A stretch of 64,000 bases of DNA, from assembly GCF_001194135.2 (NCBI RefSeq), contig NC_068988.1, forward strand, positions 72,823,104 to 72,887,103, written 5' to 3'. This stretch comes from Octopus bimaculoides. Taxonomy: Eukaryota. Of this stretch, positions 52,168 through 63,644 are shown piece after piece. The translations under genes and the position numbers were made by a program. Within the stretch, counting starts at the first letter, position 1. Every line of letters begins with the position of its first letter. The notes beneath the pieces were generated by a model. It saw only the letters and a list, made by a program, of their open reading frames with translations. It made no database searches and was not told the origin of the DNA.

Positions 52168-52214
52168 ACACATGCTGAGGACGGGTAACCACCCAGAAAC
52201 TTGAGTCCATGTGT
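52168..52214 (+). ncRNA. Minimal type-I hammerhead ribozyme motif (right palindrome arm)
   Basis: ACACATG-CTGAGGA-C GGGT aacc ACCC A-GAAAC-TTGA-GTC-CATGTGT; perfect 7-bp stem I, GUC triplet; C.A mismatch at the base of stem II; loop TTGA vs TCGA in the other arm. Confidence 0.72.
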
Positions 52215-52372
52215 ATCACATAAAGCTAGGGATGTGAGTGTTGACCTCCCCACACAAATACTAATCGGACACAGAATGTGTGTCGTTAGCCAGCCTGGAA
52301 AAGATGTCTTCCTGGGGCTATAAACGCCAGTAGCACTGTCCTGTATAGGACGCCACACTTGGTTGGCAATTC

Positions 52373-52407
<35 letters not shown>

Positions 52408-53067
52408 GTATGTAAGATCCAGGGATCAAGGTGTAGGAAGAAAGTTAGCTTCAAGCAATCTGTAGTAAATATCAAAAAACAACTTTCAGGGACAACAGTG
52501 GTTTATTTAGATGGAAGGTTGTGGATTTTTTCGTATCAAAGAACGATAAGCTGAAAAAGTTCTTTTTATATTCCACAGTAGGCGACCAGGGTTGCCAGGT
52601 GTGTGAATAAGAATTACAGAATGGAGATATCCTTGGCCTGAAGAGTAGCTGGCAGTATACACCTCATTTGGATTTTACCACTTCTGAAGTTCCACTCGCT
52701 ATAAAACATATGTAGCCCGGATCTTTCCAACTCCATTCCATAACTCTTATGTACACACACATACATATATACACCTTCCTGCAACTTAAGGGTACACCTG
52801 GACATTCTTCACCAGCTCTCTCTTCTACTTTTCCAACTGGGGTTAGTATCGACTAACCTCCTTCCATACTCCTAAAAATTGCTAGCCTTGTGCCTAAATT
52901 ACAAACTATTATTTTACCCTGCATACATAGTAGGCAGCTACTGCAAATTAATGTAAGAAGCATAGAAACGATTGAAGGACCAACGTTACTTGAGATGGGA
53001 AGGTGGGTAGGAAACGTCATTAAGCGAGAACGTATCGAGAAAATACGAGACATTAGCATTGCTATCG

Positions 53068-53075
53068 CTTCCGGT
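53068..53075 (-). promoter_or_regulatory. ETS-type element (CCGGAAG) just 5' of the DCTN4 ATG
   Basis: cttccggt in a CpG-retaining stretch (~52970-53100); ETS sites are common in housekeeping promoters. A single short motif only. Confidence 0.25.
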
Positions 53076-53082
53076 TGCTGTG

Positions 53083-54420
53083 ATGGCGACGTATCGTGAT
53101 ATTGATAAGGTGAAATACCTTTGTGATTGTGGCAAGAAGCATCCAATTTGTTGGCTTTATCTATGTCGACATTGTTTTAAGCTCCGATGTGGTGACTGTC
53201 TTCTACATGAAGTGGATTCCCACTTTTGTCCTTGTTGTCTTGAAAATCTACCTTCAACAGAAGCTAAGCTTCGTAAAAATCGATGTGGGAGTTGTTTTGA
53301 TTGCCCCAGCTGTGGACATCTCTTGTCTACTCGAGCTACAAACACTTTTATTGTCAACCCAGAGGATCCGACGAAAAACATCCCGAAAAAGATGTACTAT
53401 TTAGCTTGTGGATTTTGTCGTTGGACTACCAGAGATATTGGTATTGGTGACAAACCTGTTGCTACGGGAGGTTGGCAAGATCTGGAAAGCCCGCATCTTG
53501 ATAGAGTTACTATGCTTTTAGAATACTATAAAAAGCTTTCACTGAAAGAGAACTCTGAAAAAGAACGTGAGAAATTTATTAAGAGGCGTGGTCATATTTA
53601 TTATACCGATAAATTTAGTTTGGCGACCGTAGCTCTGAAACGCAAAGCATTAAACAGTCCTTCGGCAGCCTTACACGATGATGACACCACAATTCTAGAG
53701 ATAGAACCTGCCGAAACAGTCACTGAATTCCCCGAACTTGACGATGAAATATTTGCTACTCCGATTCAGCTGAACAAAATTACTACTATCGACCAAAGAC
53801 TATCATCACCAGAATTCCAACCAGTACAGGTGAATAATATGTATCCTAGACACAAGCATTTACAAGTGAGGAAGTCTGTCAGATGTAAGAAATGTGATCA
53901 TAATCTCATCAAACCTGACTACAACTCTGCTTCGACCAAATTTAAAATTCAATCAACTGCCATGTATCATGTACCAGAGCTTCGAATCTCTAACTATAAT
54001 GTATTTTCTCCAAAGAAAGAGAAAAAAATTAGCCTGACCTTATCAAACCCTGCTATTTACAATATGGATATTGAATTTAGTCTTGTCCAAGGCGAAGATC
54101 TGTATTCAACTGCCAAAGTGGAGCTGCCTAAAAAGAAGATTGTTTTGGCACGACGTGATGAAGATGCATTATACGAAGGTAGCAGTTCTCTTGAGAATGT
54201 GTTCGATGATGATCCAGCAGTTATTGTGTCTCGCAAGCTGAACAAAATTATCTTTGTTATTGGTGTTACACCTGTAATTTCTGAAGGTGAGGTAAGGGTT
54301 GCATTTGTTATGCGCCATACTTATAAAAACGTTACTCTCGGTCTCCCGAGCGAAAAAGAAGAGGTGCAAACAGTTTGGTTAGATCATACAATTTATGCTC
54401 AACTTGGACAAATCCAGTAA
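53083..54420 (+). CDS. DCTN4: Dynactin subunit 4 (p62), single-exon 445-aa ORF, probable retrogene
   Basis: Uninterrupted ORF with p62 motifs HEVDSHFCPCCLEN, KNRCGSCFDCPSC, KKMYYLACGFCRWT, YPRHKHL, RCKKCDHNLIKP, DDDPAVIVSRKLNK. AATAAA directly after the stop. The upstream TTG at 53059 is not the likely start. Confidence 0.95.
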   Translation: MATYRDIDKVKYLCDCGKKHPICWLYLCRHCFKLRCGDCLLHEVDSHFCPCCLENLPSTEAKLRKNRCGSCFDCPSCGHLLSTRATNTFIVNPEDPTKNIPKKMYYLACGFCRWTTRDIGIGDKPVATGGWQDLESPHLDRVTMLLEYYKKLSLKENSEKEREKFIKRRGHIYYTDKFSLATVALKRKALNSPSAALHDDDTTILEIEPAETVTEFPELDDEIFATPIQLNKITTIDQRLSSPEFQPVQVNNMYPRHKHLQVRKSVRCKKCDHNLIKPDYNSASTKFKIQSTAMYHVPELRISNYNVFSPKKEKKISLTLSNPAIYNMDIEFSLVQGEDLYSTAKVELPKKKIVLARRDEDALYEGSSSLENVFDDDPAVIVSRKLNKIIFVIGVTPVISEGEVRVAFVMRHTYKNVTLGLPSEKEEVQTVWLDHTIYAQLGQIQ

Positions 54421-55878
54421 AATAAAGGACCATATGAACAAACGCCTGATGATCTTTGTATGTTGGTTGTCATGAAACAATGTATAACTAACTTTGACAT
54501 CGCATAGCCTTCATTAATAATGCTATTTTTTATGTTGCCAAAATGTATAATTTACCTCCCGTTTTGTATTCGGTATACACTAATGCTTCATTAAGTGAAG
54601 AACGTAATTATTGCAAAGGATTTAGGATGAATAATAATCGATATTATAAATACTAAAGGTAAACTGTACGTACGTAGTTCACGTCCCGATCAAGGGGCTT
54701 TTTTTTTGTCTCTTTTGTCTAAAATGCCTAAGATAATCAACACTATGTTGATGGGGCTATAATTATGTTAATATCATTAGAAAAAAAGAACAATTCTTTT
54801 TGAAGGAGTTTCGGATTATTCTTCCAACTGCCGATTTGTTTACTTATGACTTCCATTAAAATGCATGTTTTGAATTGACATTTTGCAGATATATGTTTTC
54901 GAAAGTGTTGATTATCAAGTGTGGAATTGTCAGACAATTCAGAAAGATAAATAGTGCAAATTGCTACAGAAATTGGTGATAACAAAGGCTAGAGGAAATG
55001 GAGCGGAACAACGATCTGAAACTTCTAAATTTTTGTTTATTCAAATTTTATCAGTAGAATTGTTGTCTACATCCCCAAAAATATATATCTGCAAAATTTC
55101 ATTTAAAAATATACACTTTTCAGTATGTGGCGAGGAAACCAAGTGAAGTGGGGGGACCAATGTGTTGTTACACCTCTTCATCTTACTGCTTGTTGCCTAT
55201 TCTTTAGTTCATATATAAACCTGTTATAATATTCTTATTAAACTGACAAATAATTGCTGTTAAATGGTTTTGGATAACTAGTGAGATACATCTGCAACTT
55301 TAGAATTACTTATTGTCAGCTATACAATTATGGTCTTGTGATTTCGTCCCTTAATTTAATTTAGTAATATAATACACACACACACATAATATCTCTAAGT
55401 ATGCAAATAATACCCTGATGTAATTTACTGTGCATAATCATTTGTATGTAATGTGGTTTGAAGCAAAATGATACTGAAACATTTGTAATCAGTAATCTAA
55501 CCAATGCTATATTGATATCTTCATCTTCTTCCTCCACTTATAATCTGTGCATACACACACACACACACACATATATATATTTATATATTATGTATATATA
55601 GGAATAGTGATACTAATAATCTGGTATCAAAACTCAATATGCATATGCTTCAGAAAAAAGCATTAGTTGAGTATAGGGTGTAATACATAAAATAAAGGAC
55701 AAGAACTTATATAATGAACTTCATAGCTAAGTACTTTTATATCACCTTATAATTTCATTGGAGCTCTGATGAAGCCATTAGGTGATACACAAGCACTCAG
55801 CTATGAATGTATTGCAGCTTGTAACAGAAACAACTGTAAACTAATGAAGTTCATTACATAATTTCTTGTCCCTGTGTC

Positions 55879-55909
<31 letters not shown>

Positions 55910-57489
55910 NNNNNNNNNNNNNNNNNNNNNNNNNNNNNNNNNNNNNNNNNNNNNNNNNNNNNNNNNNNNNNNNNNNNNNNNNNNNNNNNNNNNNNNNNNN
56001 NNNNNNNNNNNNNNNNNNNNNNNNNNNNNNNNNNNNNNNNNNNNNNNNNNNNNNNNNNNNNNNNNNNNNNNNNNNNNNNNNNNNNNNNNNNNNNNNNNNN
56101 NNNNNNNNNNNNNNNNNNNNNNNNNNNNNNNNNNNNNNNNNNNNNNNNNNNNNNNNNNNNNNNNNNNNNNNNNNNNNNNNNNNNNNNNNNNNNNNNNNNN
56201 NNNNNNNNNNNNNNNNNNNNNNNNNNNNNNNNNNNNNNNNNNNNNNNNNNNNNNNCAGATATAATTAGAAATGCTTTTATTTAAAGTCAGTATGTAATTG
56301 GGAAACTTTTTTCATGGATTCACTTTGGCAATTAAATTGAAAAATTTATTTTACCCTGAACACCATTGTTATAATTTCTTGCACAATTCATTATTGCCAG
56401 TATTCTGAAATAATGACAAATGTATTTTTCTGAAATAAAATTTATCTAATACTCTAGAAATGTCTTCTTTTGTCTCTAGCTCTAATTTTCAGAAGCAATT
56501 CCTCAAAATACTTTAAACTTAACAAAAGTTGATTTAGAAAAAAAATAAAATGTGAAGTAACTTGGTCAATAATATTGATTTCCCCAGGCAAAATGTCTCA
56601 CTGAATAATTTGCATTATGTAGAAATATTTTTAAGAATGTTTTCTTTTCTATCTAAAATGCTGACGCTTTTTTTTGATCTAAGGGAAATAACCCATTTAT
56701 CAAGATACAAGAATTTTAAAAAGTTTATTTCAAAATATTTTTTTTCTTTTGTTCCTCATGTACACTTAAGAGTACAAAAATAATATCCTATTCTCAGGAT
56801 TACAAACGAAACCACTACTGATTTTGTGTTAGTTTTAATCCAAATAGCAACTTAAACAATAAAAATATTATCTCCTAGATCACAGGCCTTCAAAAGTTAC
56901 CCATCACTTCCTCAAATGGATGACGGCATTGAATATAAAAGAGACAACTATTCGTTGAAGCACTTATAGTTTGTTTTATGTTTTGTTATTTTGGGTCACC
57001 CATGTATGTGAAAGGGAACAGTTTTTCTGTTGCAAAGCAGACTTCTCTATGATCAAAGGCATTCCAGCTGTGATCATTCTCTTTGTTTTTTTTCATATTG
57101 TATGTATCTAAGATTACAGTATCAAAGGTGTCCATTCATTTTTAAGGTAGTAGGGTGTGATTTAAGAAGAATCTGGCTGCTGTTTCTAACTGGTGAGCGA
57201 CCATGTAGAGGCTCTTGTATATGTGGCAACTAGAATTACTGAAGACTATGCAGCTATCATAAGTTTTGCTGCTGATATGCATTGCTAGAAAGGCATAAGC
57301 TTCTTAGAAGTTTTTGAACCAATCTTTGTAAAGGCACTCAAGTTTCTCACTTAGGTTATTTGTTACATGAATGTATTTTACAATCGCTCCAGTTGGTAGC
57401 CAAGTAATATGAAGCAAAAGTCATGTTTTGCAGTCCAATTTACTCAATACAAAAGATTTCCAGAATCTCCATCCACAACATAGGCTCAG

Positions 57490-57870
57490 ATGTGGGTGTG
57501 TTGTAAGAATTTTGCTTCCCAACCACATGACTCTGAGTTCAAACCTAATGCAAGGCACCTTAGGCAAGTGTTCCACTATAGCACCTGGCTGACCAAAGCC
57601 TTGTGAATGGATTTGGTAGACAGAAAATAAAAGAAGCCTGTCGTATATGTATACATCTATGTATGTATTTTTGTTTATCTCCACCCACCATGTGACAACA
57701 GGTGCTGGTTTGTTCATGTTCCTGTAACATAGTAGTATGACGGAAGAGACCAATAGAATAAGTACCAGGTTTAAAAAATAAGTACTGGGATTGATTTATT
57801 TGATTAAACCTTTCAAGGTGGTCCCCAGTACGACTAAAGTACAATGACTGAAATGAGTCAAGGATAAAAG
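57490..57870 (+). mobile_element. SINE family A
   Basis: Head, middle and 3' tail present. Confidence 0.8.
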
Positions 57871-57969
57871 ATCCCCTTTGGCTTTTTCATAATAAAGGTT
57901 GTCATTACCCAGTTATTGTGTATCATTATCAACATCATTTTACATTTGCTTTTTCATTCTTACATGGAT

Positions 57970-59185
57970 TGGTACTGTGAAAGTGTAGCTGCTGGAATAA
58001 GAATAGCCCGGGCAAAGTTCAGAGAGCTCCTACCTCTGCTGGTGACAAAGGGCCTCTTGCTCAGGTAAAAGGTAGACTGTATGACACACGTGTACAAACA
58101 GCCATGCTACATGGCAGTGAAACATGGGCCGTGACTGCTGAGGACATGCGTAAGCTTGCAAGGAATGAAACCAGTATGCTCCGCTGGATGAGTAATGTCA
58201 GTGTGCATACACAACAGAGTGAAAAGTTGGACCTAAGAAGCATTAGTTGTGGTATGCAAGAGAGATGGTTGCTCTGGTATGGTCATGTGGCGAGAATGGA
58301 TGAGGATAACTGTGTGAAAAAGTGTTACACCCTTGCTGTTGAGGGAAACTGTGGAAGAGGTAGACCCAGGAAGACTTGGAATGAGGTGGTGAAGCACGAC
58401 TTTCAAACATTAGGCCTCACCAAGGCAATGACTAGTGACCGAGACCTTTGGAAATATGCTGTGCTTGAGAAGACCCGGCAAGCTAAGTGAGACTATAACC
58501 CATGGCCTATGCCAGGGGTGTAACCAGCCCACTTATTCGTACCTTTCCTTCATTGGACACTAACTGCTTGCGAAGACCTGTTGAGGCAAGTGAAATCGAA
58601 AACAAAATCAAATTTGATGACAGCACCGCATGACTGGCATCTGTGCTAGTGGAGCGCTAAGAGCACCATCTGAGCGTGATTGTTGCCTGGGCCACTGACT
58701 GGCTCCCGTGCTGGTCGCACGTAAAAAGCACCATTCGAGCATGATTGTTACCAGCGTCGCCTTACTGGCATGTGAAAAACAATATTCAAGCGAGGTCATT
58801 GCCNNNNNNNNNNNNNNNNNNNNNNNNNNNNNNNNNNNNNNNNNNNNNNNNNNNNNNNNNNNNNNNNNNNNNNNNNNNNNNNNNNNNNNNNNNNNNNNNN
58901 NNNATTGCCAGTGCCGCTGGACTGGCTCCTGTGCAGGTGGCACGTAAAAAACACCATTTGGACATGGCCATTGCCAGTACTGCCTGACTGGCCCTCATGC
59001 CGGTGGCATTTAAAAGCACCCACTACACTCTCGGAGTGGTTAGCATTAGGAAGGGCATCCAGCTGTAGAAACTCTACCAGATCAGATTGGAGCCTGGTGC
59101 AGCCATCTGGCTCACCAGTCCTCAGTCAAATCGTCCAACCCATGCCAGCATGGAAAGTGAACGTTAAACGATGATGATGATGATG
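57970..59185 (+). mobile_element. RTE-clade LINE 3' end, same family as 43040-45005
   Basis: LHGSETWAVTAEDM...WYGHVARM...GRGRPRKTW; same 3'UTR and GAT tail; one N-gap. Confidence 0.9.
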
Positions 59186-59219
59186 ATTGGATGAAGTTTT
59201 TGCCATCTCCCTCATATGA

Positions 59220-59580
59220 TTCAGTTTGCTGAGTTCAGTATTGACATCTTCATATGTCTTCCTCTTCCATGGCTTCTGTCATTCATAAATACTAACATTA
59301 GCCATCCTGCAGAGCATGTTTACTTCATTTCTTTCCAGCCTTGCTTATACTCTACAGTCAAGATTCACGTTTCGCCATCATGCATCATTGTACTTTATAT
59401 ACAGACATCTTATAATATGCCCTTTTCTCAGAGAGAAGCTCTCTTTATTGCCAGCAAAAGTAACAATTCTCTAACCTTTTCCATCTCATTCTTACTCCGG
59501 CTACTATGCTTTCACAACATCCACCTCCATTGCTCATCACATCACCTATGTGACAGACTGTCAACTGTTTGGGGGAAGCC
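59220..59580 (-). mobile_element. Degenerate RTE LINE fragment
   Basis: Reverse complement resembles the GSETW-encoding region. Confidence 0.5.
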
Positions 59581-59626
59581 TTATGGATGATTGACAGAAT
59601 TTATTTTGCAGTTGCGCTTATGATTA

Positions 59627-60861
59627 ATGATGTGGTATCAAAAATTTCCAAGACTAGTTATGTTTAATAAAAAAATAACTTATTTACCCAAGTTTTAACA
59701 TCATCTTCCTTGAAATAGTCATCTTGTACAGCAATACACTGGTCCCAGCGTTCCTGCCACTTTTGGAATCCAGCCTGAATGTTGTTTTCTGAAAGTGAGC
59801 CAAGGAGTCTCTGTGATTCGCTCTTGATGTTGTAGCGACACAAGTCATAAACGGCAGTAATATGACATAATGGCCATGTTTGCCTGAACAAGTATAATTG
59901 TTAGTTTCCCATTGGTTAAAATTACTACCCATATTTGAATTCTAAACTTTTGTCAAAGAGAAATCTTTCACGAAATACGGTTCTTAGAATTCAAGTATGA
60001 GCAGTTATAATAACCCTGATTTGGGGGAAATTGATTAGTGATCGTTGGTTGTCACTAGACTCCACAACACTCATACCTAATGATCATTGGTTGTCACTAG
60101 ACTCCATGACACTCATACCTAGTGATTGTTGGTCATATTATACTTGTTCGGGCAAACATGACCATTATGTCATATTACCACCGTTTATGACTTGCATCAC
60201 TACAATCTCGACAACAGTGTTAAAATGACAACCTTTGAGCTGCATTTTCATCTTGGGGAAGAGATGAAAGTCCGCAGATGCTAAATCTGGTAAATAGGGT
60301 GAGTGCAAAAGTGATACCATGCTTTTGGTGAGAAACTCATAAGTGAGGAGAGATCGGTGACAGGATGCATTGTCATCGTGAAGAATCCAATTCTTCACAC
60401 TCCACAGATCTGTTTGCTTTCACCAAATGCTCTCTCTCAAACGCTTCAAAATGTTGCAGTAGAACTCTCGATTGATGGTCTGGCCCTGAGGGATGAATTC
60501 TTGATGCACATACTGCAGATGTTGAAAAAAGCAATGATCATGCTCTTGATTGAGCTATCATTGCTATAAGCTTGCTGAAGCATGCTCAATGCCACTGTAG
60601 CAGACTTCTCACCAAGTTTAACACAAAATTTCACATCGGCTCTTTGTTTCAGCTTCCTAGCTATGACAAAAATCACAAACTACAGCCTACATGTGATAAA
60701 AAAAACACAAATTTCGTAACTTCCAAACTAAACACAGTGATGTCCCTTGGTACACTGCCTAATGAAAGTCAATGCTAGCTCTCCCTGTGCATGCAACCAT
60801 GTAGTGCCATCTGTTGGAGCACTACAGAACTAGTCCAGGAACTTTTTGATACCACCTTGTA
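59627..60861 (-). mobile_element. Near-complete decayed mariner element with both TIRs
   Basis: TIRs gtggtatcaaaaatttccaagactagt (left) and actagtccaggaactttttgataccaccttgta (right); QRADVKFCVKLGEKSAT; WILHDDNASCH...HSPYLPDLASADFHLFPKMK. Confidence 0.88.
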
Positions 60862-61279
60862 TCTGTCACATATGAAGTCTACCTTCCCTGTCAACCTGTG
60901 ATCCCACTACACCTCTTGTGCATTCAGATATTACATTGGGTTGTATGGAATTCTTACCTATTCTTTTTCTGCATATGGAGCATTGTCACTTCCTCAGTAG
61001 AGTTTTGTCTTCATTTTTGCCAAAACTTTTACCTATGTTAGCTTCACTTTCAAGTCTCTCAATTTTAGATTTTGCTTTTTAGTTTTGGATTTTCTTTCCT
61101 GTTATATTTTTGGCTGATTCAAGAAGAACTTGGGCTTTGATATACAAGAGTTCCCAAAGGCAGCTGGTATTAAACTCATTTGTTATGGTTTGAAAAACTG
61201 TAATAAACTGAAGGAAGCTGAGATCTGAGCTCTGATAAACACCTAACCTGTAAACTAGATTCATTGCTAACTCTTGTCT

Positions 61280-61910
61280 TGCTGACAGCGCCTCTGTACA
61301 TAGCTTGCATAACTCTTATAAGCATTTCAACTATACCTAATTTCCTTAGTAACCAATAGATTTCAGAGCATCTTTCATTCTCTGTTCTTGCATAAACATG
61401 AACTGAATTTTATGTAGGTTAATTCTCTTCCTAATCAGTTGTGCTATAACTCTGTCAGTAACTTTAATGACTTGGCCCATTAACTTGATGCCTTGGTAAT
61501 TGCTTGTTACTGGAGCCCCTCCTTTACTTTTTGTAGCAAATTATTATATGACTATGCCATTCATTGGATATGACGTCTCTGTGTGTTCTCTGACTAAACT
61601 ATGTAACTAGGACATGATCTACTTTATCAGATATTTTCAGTATCTTGGTTATAGTCCTGCCTTTGACATTCTTAATCACGTTTTTGACTGTACAGCAGTT
61701 TTCTCTCTCTTGCTACATCCAAAAACCTCTCATAGAAGCTTTTCCATGCTTCTTGTTTTCAGCATCAGTGAGGGCAAGTGTGCTGCTATCATTTTGTTCA
61801 CATTTCACCCCACTGACTTCTTGATTCTGTGTAGTACTCTGCATTGTAATCTGAAATACTTTGGGCCTATGATCCTCACATCACAAAACATATGCTTGTT
61901 GTTAGGATAT
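61280..61910 (-). mobile_element. Degenerate RTE LINE fragments
   Basis: Minus peptide KGGAPVTSNYQGIKLMGQVIKVTDRVIAQLIRKRI. Confidence 0.6.
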
Positions 61911-62109
61911 TAGAGCTGTCATATTAGTCTACATGATAAATGCAGAACACATCTAAAACTCAGAAAAATTACTCAAGAAAGCAAATATTTGTGAAATATG
62001 TATGTAGCAATGTGACATGTTCTGTTTCTTTAACGCAATCTTACAACTTGCCTTGTTATCTAGCTTCAACAAAAAAGAGCAGTAGTAATTGCCAGGTACT
62101 ATCTTTGTA

Positions 62110-62245
62110 AAATAAACACAGTGATGTCATTTGGTACACAGCTTCATAAAAGTCAATGCTAGCTCTCACTGCACATGCAACTGTGTGCTGCCATCTGCTG
62201 GAATGCTACAAAACTAGTCTGGGAACTTTTTGATACCACCTCGTA
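62110..62245 (-). mobile_element. Second, solo mariner 5' terminus of the same family
   Basis: Diverged copy of ~60725-60861 including the TIR. Confidence 0.75.
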
Positions 62246-63644
62246 TCTGCCACATATGAAGTCTACCTTCCCTGTCAACCTGTGATCCCACTACACCTCT
62301 TGCAGCTTCTGATTGACCATCATTACTCATTGAAATTCAAAGATTAATCAAATGAAAAATTGTTTTGAACTAGATAATTTTTTTTGTTCATCTGAAAGTG
62401 CCTCCACAGAAAATGTGTGTAGAGAAAAAAACCAATCTTTATGGAACATTAAACCCAAGTGCCTCCTTTTTTAGTTTTTTTGCAATTCCATTGGATGTTT
62501 CATGTATAACATGATGGTAATTGATAATATAACAGGGTTTTAGAGAAAGTGTCTTTGAGGCAAAGTCTCAAAAGAGTTGTTAATGTAGTCTCTCTTAGAG
62601 TTAGGGATTGCTGTGTAGCAGTTTCTATAGTAAAGTATAGTTTTACAACTTTATAATATTCTTTGTGTTTTGTGGGGTTTGGAATTTCTGCAGATATAAT
62701 ATCAATCTCATTAGAGTGAATTTTGTGCAAAAAAAAAAAAAAGCCAATTACAATTTGTGTGTGAGGTAGGCTTTTTTTTTTTTTTTGCCATTCAGTTATG
62801 TACAAGTGGTAATGTACTGATTAAGACGTCTGTGACTTAATTATAACATCCTTCAATTCAAATATCTGGTGATAAAAAAATGCTTGCAATTTGGTTGTAT
62901 CTATAAATGTATAACTATCCTGGAAAAATGCTCTGTCTGGATGTTACATTTAGGATTGTAGATAAGTAATGAAAAGATCAGTACATTTGTAATTATGCGA
63001 AATGATAAAGTCATGGTATTCAGTGTTCTCTCAAGCATACAGCTTCCTATAAAACTGAACAGAGGAATACAAATATGTCTGAGTCTTGACCCAATAATCC
63101 AGCAATATCATTGTTGTTAATGCCATGTTATAAATGCACATAGGATTCTGAACATAGTTCCTTTTAATAAGTTTTTATGGAGCACAACCATCTGACACTA
63201 TATTAATATACATATCAACAACACGTTGGTGAAAAATATTTTATCATTGAAGACAGTTAAATAAATTACTTTGAATCATCAATCAATAAGTATAAAGCAA
63301 AATGAAAATATTTTGGAAGTGATTCCACCAACTGAAATACCAAAGTGGCGTCCACTTTTTCAGTTGACAAAAACAAGGATTATTACAAAGCATCATTTTT
63401 GAATTTGATGCAACATTTACAACATTTCTAAACAATTCTTTAATTTGCCATCTGCTTTCCAACCATAATAACTCACTTCGTTACACTTTGGAATATTAAA
63501 TTGGGGAACTTTTTCTCTAACTTGGTAACTTGAAAGTTTAGAGGTGAAGTACATTTTAAAGCATACTAAAAGCTTCTAACATAAGAATTTTTTCTGTGAA
63601 GCATTTCTTACAACTTCAAAATAAGTTCTAATTTTTTTTTCTCT

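Larger units (their letters stand above)
51578..52371. mobile_element. Penelope-pLTR/retrozyme-like repeat: inverted partial copy + full ~355-bp monomer + direct partial copy
   Basis: Arms 51578-~51885 and ~51941-52246 are reverse complements; 52247-52371 directly repeats ~51893-52013; each arm carries a hammerhead. Confidence 0.65.

Noticed and set aside
53123-54369. Alternative-frame and antisense ORFs overlapping DCTN4
   Set aside because: Short shadows of the real CDS with no recognisable homology.
54446-54490. CTGATGA...GAAACAATGTA in the DCTN4 3' flank as a hammerhead
   Set aside because: No stem II closing pair and no stem I complementarity.
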